DNA from: an uncultured bacterium
Lineage (GTDB): Bacteria; Zhuqueibacterota; QNDG01; JAGLOF01
Assembly: GCA_964621645.1 (NCBI GenBank)
Contig: CAZUMH010000035.1
Coordinates: 1-29,916 of the forward strand
DNA: 29,916 bases
Direction: 5' to 3'
In this document: positions 1 to 8,453 of the stretch, piece after piece
How the letters are laid out: each line of letters begins with the position of its first letter
How positions within the stretch are numbered: position 1 is the stretch's first letter
Program-made: the position numbers and the translations under genes
The notes under the pieces: model-generated
The model's input: the letters and a program-made list of their open reading frames with translations, nothing else
What the model was told of the DNA's origin: nothing
Databases searched by the model: none

Positions 1-174
1 TAAAGGTACGGGAGAAGTATTTGTGAAAATAGTCGGACGATTGGAAAACGTATTCTTCTCGCTGTGGTATCCACAGCAGGATGTCACGAATGTCTTATGC
101 TGGGGATCTTTAGCTGATCTAAATTCAGAATGAATATGAGTTCAATCAGGCGTAGTTAAAAAACGGAGAATACC

Positions 175-450
175 ATGAAAATTTACGTAGGCAACCTTTC
201 AAGTAAAGTTACTGAAGACGATTTGAAAGAAGCATTCGAGGCCTTCGGGCAGCTTGCATCTGTTACACTTGTCAAAGATAGAAGCACCGGTGACTCCCGG
301 GGCTTCGGATTTATCGAGATGCCTGCCAAAGCTGAGGCACAGGCAGCAATCGAAGGGCTTAACGGTACCGACTTGCTCGGGAAGACAGTGACTGTTAACG
401 AGGCTCGTCCTCGTCCGGAAAATGATCGGAACAGAAAACGAAATTTCTAG
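175..450 (+). CDS. RRM-type RNA-binding protein (bacterial Rbp-like, single RNA recognition motif)
   Basis: RNP2-like 'IYVGNL' at the N-terminus and canonical RNP1 octamer 'RGFGFIEM'. The C-terminal tail is basic. A GGAG Shine-Dalgarno lies about 8 nt upstream of the ATG at 175. Confidence 0.9.
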   Translation: MKIYVGNLSSKVTEDDLKEAFEAFGQLASVTLVKDRSTGDSRGFGFIEMPAKAEAQAAIEGLNGTDLLGKTVTVNEARPRPENDRNRKRNF

Positions 451-575
451 TCAGCTGAAATGGAGCTGGGTAATTTACGGTTCCTGAAACCATCCGTTTT
501 GCCGTGAAAAATGATCTCTTCAGTGCAGGATCGCTTTGTTTTCATAACGTTTAATTGTATAAGGAGTGACTCATT

Positions 576-1325
576 ATGTTATTTGCACCCATAATTATCA
601 TTGCCTTCTTTCTTATTGCAAGTGCAGTCCGTATTTTAAAAGAATATGAAAGAGGTGTAATCTTTCGACTCGGGCGGATGATCGGGTATAAGGGGCCCGG
701 ATTTATCCTCTTGATTCCTGTCATTGACCGTATGGTTAAGGTCAGCCTGAGAACCATAGCCATGGATGTTCCTCCCCAGGATGTTATTACAAAAGATAAT
801 GTTTCCGTAAAAGTCAACGCGGTTGTTTATTTCCGGGTGATGGATGCCGGGAAAGCTATCGTGGAAGTACAGGATTATCTGTATGCGACGTCTCAACTGG
901 CCCAAACGACCCTGCGATCGATTTTGGGGCAATTCGAGCTGGATGAACTTCTCTCAACCCGGGACAAGATTAATGAAGAGCTTCAGGTGATTCTGGACAA
1001 ACATACTGATCCCTGGGGGATCAAAATATCTCTGGTAGAGGTTAAGCACATCGATCTTCCGGAAGAAATGAAAAGAGTAATCGCCAGGCAGGCTGAAGCT
1101 GAAAGAGAACGAAGAGCGAAAATTATCCACGCGGAAGGAGAATTCCAGGCTTCAGAACAGCTCGCCAGAGCAGCAACTATACTCGGGAAAGAACCGACAG
1201 CGATTCAACTGCGGTTTCTTCAGACGCTGGTTGAAGTCGCAGCTGAAAATAATTCCACAATGGTCTTCCCTGTCCCGATTGATTTATTTGAGCCCTTCAT
1301 GAGGAAAATGAAAGAGAAAGACTGA
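576..1325 (+). CDS. SPFH/band-7 (stomatin/prohibitin-like) membrane protein
   Basis: An N-terminal hydrophobic anchor is followed by '[15 protein letters not shown]...[13 protein letters not shown]' and a long coiled-coil '[12 protein letters not shown]', typical of stomatin-like SPFH proteins. An AAGGAG SD lies upstream. No NfeD partner gene is adjacent. Confidence 0.9.
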   Translation: MLFAPIIIIAFFLIASAVRILKEYERGVIFRLGRMIGYKGPGFILLIPVIDRMVKVSLRTIAMDVPPQDVITKDNVSVKVNAVVYFRVMDAGKAIVEVQDYLYATSQLAQTTLRSILGQFELDELLSTRDKINEELQVILDKHTDPWGIKISLVEVKHIDLPEEMKRVIARQAEAERERRAKIIHAEGEFQASEQLARAATILGKEPTAIQLRFLQTLVEVAAENNSTMVFPVPIDLFEPFMRKMKEKD

Positions 1326-1543
1326 CATAATCAGTGAAATCGAAAATGAATACGGTTCTGCGCCTGGTGCCGCGGGAAAAGGAGGATTTCTCACTAATGA
1401 AAAACAGTGGTGAGCGGGGAATGAATACCGCTGCCGATAAGAAGTGAATGAGACACGGAGACGGGTAACGATGTCACTGGAGATCGGCTGAAAAACTGAT
1501 CACATCAGGTTTGGCTGAATCAATACTACATTCCGGAGGCCTT

Positions 1544-1822
1544 ATGAAAGAATTCATTTTATATCTGATCAACCATATCGTCGAAGAGCCGAACAAAATC
1601 AGGATAAATGAAATTTCCGGTCAGCATACCATTGTTTATGAATTGCGTGTCGGAGACGATGACGTAGGTAAAGTGATTGGACGCCATGGCGAGACGGTCC
1701 GATCTCTCCGTACTCTTTTATCGGCAACAGCAGCCAAAGAGGGCAAGCGGATTATTCTGGAAGTATTGGATGGTGAGAAGAAATCGGATGTGCTCCTCGC
1801 TGGAAAGACTCTGCCGATGTAA
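1544..1822 (+). CDS. KH-domain RNA-binding protein (UPF0109/YlqC-like)
   Basis: KH GxxG loop 'GKVIGRHGETVRSLRTLL'. The ORF track begins at a TTG at 1511, but GGAGG sits 5 nt upstream of the internal ATG (MKEFILYL...), so I prefer a start at 1544. Confidence 0.8.
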   Translation: MKEFILYLINHIVEEPNKIRINEISGQHTIVYELRVGDDDVGKVIGRHGETVRSLRTLLSATAAKEGKRIILEVLDGEKKSDVLLAGKTLPM

Positions 1823-1827
1823 TTAAA

Positions 1828-1871
1828 TGCGGCATGTATCTTCCCGCGGGAAATCTGCCAGGGAATGCCGC
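1828..1871. other. Compound palindrome immediately downstream of the KH-protein stop codon
   Basis: GCGGCAT (1828-1834) and ATGCCGC (1865-1871) are inverted repeats flanking the perfect 12-bp palindrome TTCCCGCGGGAA (1841-1852). No U-tract follows. Confidence 0.3.
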
Positions 1872-2101
1872 TGAAGCAGAATTGAGAGAAGGGTTTGAGG
1901 CATTGAGACGGAGTATATATCTGGCAATGTCCTTACAGACAACTCCTGTGGTACATCACCGGTCCAGGCGCCGAATGCCTGATCTGGATAATTCAAATTC
2001 AGTGCCCGAGAATTGGAAACGGAAAAATTCTATGTCTTTGATTTTCCGCTGGTTCACAACCGATGGCGATTTCTGATGCAGACAGCGAATCCGTTGGATG
2101 C

Positions 2102-2130
2102 TTGACGATATGGAAAATAGTATGTGATAT
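2102..2130 (+). promoter_or_regulatory. Candidate sigma70-type promoter for the NYN/OST-HTH gene
   Basis: TTGACG (2102-2107), a 17-nt spacer, then TGATAT (2125-2130), about 60 nt upstream of the ATG at 2194. Identified by eye only. Confidence 0.3.
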
Positions 2131-2193
2131 GGTGCGACGGGATGCTGTTACGTGGCAATGCATGTAATTAAAACATAACTGTAAGCGGATAAA

Positions 2194-2940
2194 ATGGATT
2201 TAAAGCTCGCAATATTAATAGATGGTGACAATATTCCTTCTTCCTATGTGAAAGAGATGATGGAAGAAATCGCCAAATACGGCAATCCAACCATAAGAAG
2301 AATTTATGGAGACTGGACAAACCCCAAACTTACTAAGTGGAAGCATATCCTTCTGGAACATGCTATTACGCCCATCCAGCAGTATGGATATACATCCGGA
2401 AAAAATGCGACCGATTCCGCGATGATAATCGACGCGATGGATATTTTATATTCAGAAAAAGTTAATGGGTTCTGCCTGGTTTCCAGTGACAGTGATTTCA
2501 CCCGTTTAGCCACAAGACTTCGTGAAACAGGGATGACCGTAATTGGTATCGGCGAGAAAAAAACACCGGATCCTTTTATTGTCGCCTGTGATAAATTCAT
2601 TTACCTTGAGATCCTTAGATATCAGCCTGAAATGAATGCAGACGATTTAACGAAAAACAAATCATCCCAGAAAGAGAGTGTCGATAAAGTCACCCCCAAG
2701 GTTATCAAACTGATTGCCTCGACCATCTCCGATTTGGCAGACGATGAGGGATGGGCTTTCCTGGGCGAAGTTGGAAATCTTTTACAGAAAAAACAGCCGA
2801 ATTTTGATTCCAGAAATTACGGCTTCCAGAAATTGACTCCGTTTATTAAATCAATAAACGACTTTGTTATTGAACATCGTGAGGATACAAAGGGCCGGTC
2901 CAGATTGGTTTATGTGAAGAATAAAGGTAAAACGAGTTGA
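2194..2940 (+). CDS. NYN-domain (LabA-like PIN-fold nuclease) protein with C-terminal OST-HTH/LOTUS domain; predicted RNase/RNA-binding protein
   Basis: The N-terminus carries the conserved acidic motifs of LabA/NYN domains ('LIDGDN', 'NATDSAMIIDAMD', 'VSSDSDFTRLA'). The C-terminal ~70 aa ('KVIKLIASTISDLADDEGWAFLGEVGNLLQKKQPNFDSRNYGFQKLTPFIKS') match the OST-HTH/LOTUS pattern. Confidence 0.85.
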   Translation: MDLKLAILIDGDNIPSSYVKEMMEEIAKYGNPTIRRIYGDWTNPKLTKWKHILLEHAITPIQQYGYTSGKNATDSAMIIDAMDILYSEKVNGFCLVSSDSDFTRLATRLRETGMTVIGIGEKKTPDPFIVACDKFIYLEILRYQPEMNADDLTKNKSSQKESVDKVTPKVIKLIASTISDLADDEGWAFLGEVGNLLQKKQPNFDSRNYGFQKLTPFIKSINDFVIEHREDTKGRSRLVYVKNKGKTS

Positions 2941-3039
2941 TATCGCGGAGTGCAATAATTCAAATTACCGGTTCGGATTACATTAATCGATCCCGGGCCA
3001 CGATAGAGGAAGGCCGGTTTCCAGCATAAGAAGAGCCAC

Positions 3040-5322
3040 ATGAAAACTAATGCATCAAAATCAACATGTAATCGGGTGGCATTCATCGGCAACTACCTGC
3101 CGCGCCAGTGCGGCATTGCCACATTCACTACAGATCTCTGTGAGGCAGTGGCCGCACAATATCCAAAAACCTCCTGCTTTGCGTTGCCGGTAAATGATAT
3201 TGAGGCCGGCTACGCCTATCCCGCACGGGTGCGGTTTGAACTCAGGGAGAAAGATATTGATTCATATCGCCGGGCTGCTGATTTTCTGAACTTAAACAAC
3301 GTGGATGTCGTTTCTCTGCAGCATGAGTACGGTATTTTCGGGGGACGTTCGGGAAGTCACATCCTGACGCTGATGCGTGAATTACGGATGCCGATTGTGA
3401 CAACTTTGCATACCATCCTCCATGACCCAGATCCTGACCAGAAGCAGGTGCTGGAAGAATTGGCGGCCCTGTCCGACCGATTAGTCGTGATGAGTAAGCG
3501 GGGTGTTGCACTGCTTCAGGAGATCTATGGCGTGCTGCCTGAGAAAATAGACATGATCCACCATGGAATTCCTGACGTGCCATTTGTAGACCCGAGCTTT
3601 CATAAAGATCTGTTCGGCGTAGAGGATAAACTTGTTCTTCTCAGCTTTGGTTTGCTCTCTGCGAGCAAAGGGTTTGAAGATGTCATCTCCGCCCTGCCCG
3701 CAATTCTGGCACGGCACCCAAACGTTGTATACATAGTCGCCGGTGCGACTCACCCGCACGTGCTGCGGAATGAAGGTGAGGCGTACCGCCTATCCCTGCA
3801 ATGGCTGGCTCGGGAGAAGGGCGTGGAGGGCCAGGTAATTTTTTACAATCGGTTTATCAGTTTGAAGGAGTTGGTGGAATTTATCAGTACTGCTGATATT
3901 TACATCACCCCGTATCTCAATAAAGAGCAAATTACTTCGGGGACACTCGCCTATACGCTGGGGACAGGTAAGGCGGTGATTTCCACGCCATACTGGTACG
4001 CGAAAGAAATGCTGGCCGAAGGACGAGGTGTTCTGGTGCCGTTCAAAGATCCGGCGGCGCTGGCTGATCAGGTAATTGAGCTCCTGGACAACGATGCCAT
4101 GCGGCATGCTATGCGAAAGCGGGCCTTTGTTTTCGGACGGGAGATGATTTGGCCCAGAGTGGCTCAGCGATATATGGCGAGTTTTGAAAAGGCGCGGGAA
4201 GAGCGTCATTCTTTTCATCACCCGGCCCTTACAGTGAAAACATTGGATAAACTCCCGGGAGAGCTGCCGTTACTCAGACTGGACCACCTGCGCTATATGA
4301 CTGATGAGACCGGTATCTTGCAGCATGCCACTTTTACAATACCTAATTACCGTGAAGGGTACACTACCGACGATAATGCCCGAGCAGTTATCGTGAGCGC
4401 ACTCCTTGAGGCATCAGGTAGTGAATCGGCATTGAACTTCGCCACCCGGTATCTGGCCTTTATCTGGTATGCCTTTAATTCCAAGCTGGGTCGCTTTCGA
4501 AATTTTATGGATTATCAGCGTCTCTGGCTGGAAGACAAAGGATCTGATGACAGCCATGGCCGTACGTTGCGGGCCTTGGGTACTGTGCTGGGCCGTTCCA
4601 ATACGCCAAGTATCTATAGTATGGCGAGTTGGGTGTTCCAACAGGCTTTGCCCGCAATTCTTGACACAACGAGTCCACGCGCCTGGTCGTTCGCGATCAT
4701 CGGGATCGGGGAATATCTGCAGCGGTTTGCCGGTGACCGACGGGCGGCTCAAATCCGTGATGAATTGTGCGGGCGGCTTCTTGGCTTGTATCAGATAAAT
4801 TCTTCAGATGACTGGTGCTGGTTCGAAGACCGTCTGACGTATTGCAACGCCGCGTTGCCTCATGCCCTGCTTGTCTGCGGTCAGGCTGTTCTCGATCCGG
4901 CATTGACCGAAATCGGACTGAAATCGCTAAGCTGGCTCGCGGATCTCCAAACCGCGGATGCGGGGCATTTCATCCCGATAGGCTCCAATGGTTTTTATCA
5001 TAAAAATGGTAAGCAGGCCCGCTTCGATCAACAGCCGGTTGAGGCGCAGGCGATGGTTTCCGCCTGCCTCGAAGCCTACCGGGTTACACTGGATAAACAC
5101 TGGCGAAAGGAAGCCCGCCGTGCTTTCGAATGGTTTCTCGGGCATAACGATCTTAACCTTCCTCTGTATGACCCAACTACCGGGGGTTGTCGTGATGGCC
5201 TGCATCCCGACCGAATCAATGAGAACCAGGGTGCGGAATCGACGTTGGTTTTTCTACAGGCCCTGCTTGAACTGAAACTCACTGAGAGTATCATTATGCC
5301 GCAGGAGAAAAGTAATAAATGA
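3040..5322 (+). CDS. Large fusion protein: N-terminal GT4-type (GT-B) glycosyltransferase plus C-terminal (alpha/alpha)6 six-hairpin glycosidase-like domain
   Basis: The N-terminal ~390 aa look like glycosyl transferase group 1 ('LQHEYGIFGG', E-x7-E-like 'EQITSGTLAYTLGTGKAVIST'). The C-terminal ~350 aa ('DDNARAVIV...', 'QPVEAQAMVSACLEAY', 'FEWFLGHND') resemble six-hairpin glycoside hydrolase or epimerase folds such as GH63 and AGE-like proteins. The stop overlaps the next gene's start (ATGA at 5319-5322). Confidence 0.75.
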   Translation: MKTNASKSTCNRVAFIGNYLPRQCGIATFTTDLCEAVAAQYPKTSCFALPVNDIEAGYAYPARVRFELREKDIDSYRRAADFLNLNNVDVVSLQHEYGIFGGRSGSHILTLMRELRMPIVTTLHTILHDPDPDQKQVLEELAALSDRLVVMSKRGVALLQEIYGVLPEKIDMIHHGIPDVPFVDPSFHKDLFGVEDKLVLLSFGLLSASKGFEDVISALPAILARHPNVVYIVAGATHPHVLRNEGEAYRLSLQWLAREKGVEGQVIFYNRFISLKELVEFISTADIYITPYLNKEQITSGTLAYTLGTGKAVISTPYWYAKEMLAEGRGVLVPFKDPAALADQVIELLDNDAMRHAMRKRAFVFGREMIWPRVAQRYMASFEKAREERHSFHHPALTVKTLDKLPGELPLLRLDHLRYMTDETGILQHATFTIPNYREGYTTDDNARAVIVSALLEASGSESALNFATRYLAFIWYAFNSKLGRFRNFMDYQRLWLEDKGSDDSHGRTLRALGTVLGRSNTPSIYSMASWVFQQALPAILDTTSPRAWSFAIIGIGEYLQRFAGDRRAAQIRDELCGRLLGLYQINSSDDWCWFEDRLTYCNAALPHALLVCGQAVLDPALTEIGLKSLSWLADLQTADAGHFIPIGSNGFYHKNGKQARFDQQPVEAQAMVSACLEAYRVTLDKHWRKEARRAFEWFLGHNDLNLPLYDPTTGGCRDGLHPDRINENQGAESTLVFLQALLELKLTESIIMPQEKSNK

Positions 5323-6269
5323 AAAATCCTGACGGTGGATTTTTAACACGCTATGCACATAATCCCATCCTTACAGCCGCCCAATGGCCCTACCCGGTTA
5401 CGAGTGTGTTTAATCCCGGGGCGGTATTGCTGCCGGACGGCGTAACCGTGCTTCTGTGCCGGGTGGAAGACCGGCGTGGACATTCTCATCTCTGTGCCGC
5501 CCGCTCGCGCAACGGCATTGACGGCTGGGAGATTGATTCCTGCCCGACCCTGTATCCTGATCCGGCACACTATCCTGAAGAATTGTGGGGCATTGAAGAT
5601 CCCCGGATAACCTATCTCGATGAAATACATATGTATGCCGTTGTTTACACCGCATATACGCAGGCTGGACCGGGTATCTCCCTTGCGCTGACCGAGGATT
5701 TTCAGCGTTTTGAGCGCTATGGTCTGATCATGCCGCCTGAAAATAAAGACGCGGCCCTCCTGCCATATCGAAATAACGGGAATTGGGCCTTGATTCACCG
5801 CCCGGTCAGTTTTTTAGCCGGACATATGTGGATTTCTTATTCTTCAAATTTACGACAGTGGGGCAATCACAGGTTGATGATGAAGGCGAGACAGGGTGGA
5901 TGGTGGGATTCCCATAAGATAGGACTCGCCGCTCCACCCATTGAAACAGACAAGGGCTGGCTGGTGTTTTATCACGGCGTACGGCAGAATGCGGCCGGCT
6001 CAATTTACAGGGTTGGAGTGGCCCTGTTTGATCTGCACAGACCGGAAATCTGCATTAAACGCAGTGACGAATGGATATTGGGACCGGAAGAACCGTACGA
6101 ACGGCGCGGTGACGTCGATAATGTTGTCTTTCCATGCGGCTACACCATCGGCCCTGACGGAGATACAATCCGTCTGTATTATGGTGCGGCGGACACGAGT
6201 ATTGCTCTGGCAACAGGGAGCAAGACTGCTATTCTGGAATGGCTGGCGTGTCATTTAGAGAGTATATGA
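5319..6269 (+). CDS. GH130-family glycosidase/phosphorylase (beta-mannoside phosphorylase-like, Glyco_hydro_130/DUF377)
   Basis: The N-terminal 'AHNPILTA...SVFNPGAVLLPDGVTVLLCRVED' is the hallmark GH130 beginning. Its size fits a 5-bladed propeller phosphorylase, and it is translationally coupled to the upstream GT4 fusion. Confidence 0.85.
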   Translation: MKNPDGGFLTRYAHNPILTAAQWPYPVTSVFNPGAVLLPDGVTVLLCRVEDRRGHSHLCAARSRNGIDGWEIDSCPTLYPDPAHYPEELWGIEDPRITYLDEIHMYAVVYTAYTQAGPGISLALTEDFQRFERYGLIMPPENKDAALLPYRNNGNWALIHRPVSFLAGHMWISYSSNLRQWGNHRLMMKARQGGWWDSHKIGLAAPPIETDKGWLVFYHGVRQNAAGSIYRVGVALFDLHRPEICIKRSDEWILGPEEPYERRGDVDNVVFPCGYTIGPDGDTIRLYYGAADTSIALATGSKTAILEWLACHLESI

Positions 6270-6367
6270 AATTGAACAAAAGAGAAATTTGATGCAAAAG
6301 TGCAGCCGTTATTCACAATGAATCTGCGATTTCTCATTATTCGGATCCGGTAAAAACAGCAAAGCTA

Positions 6368-6410
6368 GGCCGTTTTTCTATGATTCATTCAATGAACAGA
6401 GTAAACGGCC
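6368..6410. promoter_or_regulatory. Nested inverted repeat / palindromic operator-like element in the long intergenic region upstream of the sulfatase cluster
   Basis: GGCCGTTT (6368-6375) and AAACGGCC (6403-6410) are exact reverse complements. They flank the perfect palindrome TTCATT-c-AATGAA (6384-6396). No T-run follows, so this is not a canonical terminator. Confidence 0.3.
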
Positions 6411-6434
6411 ATGAAATTCTTAAGGCTGTTAAAA

Positions 6435-6465
6435 GGATGGATTTATTCAACGGATATTTATTCAA
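6435..6465 (+). repeat. Tandem imperfect direct repeat GGAT(AT)TTATTCAA x2
   Basis: 'ggatGGATTTATTCAAcGGATATTTATTCAAg' contains two adjacent 12- and 14-nt copies differing by an AT insertion. It lies in the 620-bp noncoding region. Confidence 0.3.
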
Positions 6466-6888
6466 GTAATGGTTTGTTAAAAATATTTATACCCCTCAAG
6501 ACATACCGCTCACAACAGTAAATGCTTATTTAAAAAGACCTTGCTGTTGAAGCTTCAAGAATCAGACTGACCCTTTCACGCTTCATCGCCGAACCAAGGA
6601 TAAAAATTTCAATATCTATTATAACGGATAAGATCCCTGCATAACATCCCTTTTTATCTATGATCATTCTGTCACTCCCGTGTACTACAAGCGGGAGTCT
6701 GCTATACCCTTGTGTTGGGATTGGATCCTTTTCCCCTGGATACCCGACAGAACCAATTAGGCATGACAAGTCATCATTTCTTTACTTTCAATCCGGGAAA
6801 TATTTTTTTACATTAGAAACGGCAGGTGCGGGGCCGCATCCCCTGCCGGTCAATCCTCTCATAACAAAATATCAGGAAAAGGAATTCA

Positions 6889-8430
6889 ATGCGACGCAGA
6901 GAATTTATCAGACGGACTGCCATGACTGCGGCCGCCTTTACTTCCTCTCTGCTCGTTCCGGGCTGCCGGCACAGTAATAGCAGGCCGAACATCGTCTATA
7001 TCCTGGCCGATGATCTCGGCTACGGTGATGTGAACTGCCTGAACAGTGAAAGTAAAATTCCCACTCCCAACATCGACAGTCTGGCTCAACGCGGTGTGCT
7101 GTTCACCGACGCTCATTCCGGCTCGGCTGTCTGTACTCCCACCAGATACGGTATTCTCACGGGCCGCTATAGCTGGCGCACCCGGCTGCAGTCCGGCGTG
7201 CTGACCGGCTATTCTCCTCCGCTCATCGATGAGGACAGGCTTACAGTCGGGGCAATGCTGCAACAGTGGGGATACGTCACCGGTTGTATAGGCAAATGGC
7301 ACCTGGGCTGGGATTGGCAGACTAAGGACAGCTACTCCTACACCGATGCCTGGGAGGAAACCGACAGGCATGTCGACTTCTCCAAACGAATCCTCAACGG
7401 ACCGACAACCCGGGGATTCGACTATTTCTTCGGAATCGCCGCCTCCCTGGATATGACTCCCTATGTGTATGTGGAAAATGATCGCGCTGTCGAAATGCCT
7501 GACCGAACCATCGAGGCGACCTCTGGATATACATTCTACCGTAAAGGGCCTATCGCGCCGGGATTCAGCCATGACCAGGTTCTGCCCCTTTGCGCGCAAA
7601 AAGCCGAGGAGTTCATCCGTCGCAACTCCTCGCATCCCTTTTTCCTCTATTTTCCGCTTACCGCTCCCCACACACCGATCCTTCCGATCGACCGTTTCAA
7701 GGGAAAGAGCGGCATCGGCCCCTACGGTGATTTCGTCATGCAGTGCGATGACACTGTGGGCAAAATCCTTTCCGTACTGCAAAAGACCGGGCAGAAGGAG
7801 AACACTCTCGTTATCTTTACCAGTGATAATGGCTGTTCCCCCATGGCCGATTTTCAGGATCTTGCGGCCAAGGGACATTTTCCCAGCTACCGCTACCGCG
7901 GGGCCAAGGCGGACATCTTCGAAGGCGGCCACCGTATCCCCTTTATGGCCCGCTGGCCCGGAATGATCCCGGCGGGTACCGAATGCGCCGACACCATCTG
8001 TCTCACCGATCTCATGGCAACAGCGGCGGACATCACCGGGTTCAGTCTGCCGGACGAAGGAGCCGAGGACAGCATCAGCCTTCTCCCTGATATGCTGGGG
8101 AAAAGCAATAAACCGCTGCGGGAGGCGGTGGTTCACCATTCCATAAACGGATCCTTCTCCATCAGACAGGGAAAATGGAAACTGGAGTTCTGTCCCGGTT
8201 CGGGAGGCTGGAGCGAACCGGTACCAGCCAAGGCGCGAAGACTGGGGCTGCCGCCGCTGCAGCTCTATGATTTATCTGTGGATGTGGCAGAGAGAAAGAA
8301 TGTCTATGCCGAATATCCGGACGTGGTAAAGAAGCTGACACTGTTAATGGAAAAGTATGTGGAAGAGGGCCGCAGCACCCCGGGAACAGCGCAGCGGAAC
8401 AATGTGACGGTGAACTGGAAGAAATTCTGA
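6889..8430 (+). CDS. Formylglycine-dependent (Cys-type) sulfatase, Tat-exported
   Basis: Twin-arginine signal 'MRRREFIRRTAMTAAAF' and sulfatase signature 'CTPTRYGILTGRY' (C-x-P-x-R). 'NIVYILADDLGYGD' supplies the metal-binding start. Confidence 0.9.
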   Translation: MRRREFIRRTAMTAAAFTSSLLVPGCRHSNSRPNIVYILADDLGYGDVNCLNSESKIPTPNIDSLAQRGVLFTDAHSGSAVCTPTRYGILTGRYSWRTRLQSGVLTGYSPPLIDEDRLTVGAMLQQWGYVTGCIGKWHLGWDWQTKDSYSYTDAWEETDRHVDFSKRILNGPTTRGFDYFFGIAASLDMTPYVYVENDRAVEMPDRTIEATSGYTFYRKGPIAPGFSHDQVLPLCAQKAEEFIRRNSSHPFFLYFPLTAPHTPILPIDRFKGKSGIGPYGDFVMQCDDTVGKILSVLQKTGQKENTLVIFTSDNGCSPMADFQDLAAKGHFPSYRYRGAKADIFEGGHRIPFMARWPGMIPAGTECADTICLTDLMATAADITGFSLPDEGAEDSISLLPDMLGKSNKPLREAVVHHSINGSFSIRQGKWKLEFCPGSGGWSEPVPAKARRLGLPPLQLYDLSVDVAERKNVYAEYPDVVKKLTLLMEKYVEEGRSTPGTAQRNNVTVNWKKF

Positions 8431-8453
8431 CAGTAAGGAACGCTTCAGAGCCG

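Noticed and set aside
1834-2076. An 80-aa plus-strand ORF between the KH and NYN genes.
   Set aside because: It has no SD, its composition is unlike a protein, and it overlaps the compound palindrome. It is more likely non-coding spacer.
6886-8139. A 417-aa minus-strand ORF antisense to sulfatase 1. Similar long antisense ORFs occur at 8162-8674, 8970-9653, 10047-11051, 11405-12250, 12995-13753, 13938-14651, 21020-21613, 23390-24166 and 26090-26797.
   Set aside because: The translations are low-complexity and Arg/Pro/Gly-rich with no domain-like motifs. They sit opposite strongly supported genes, so they are typical GC-rich shadow ORFs.
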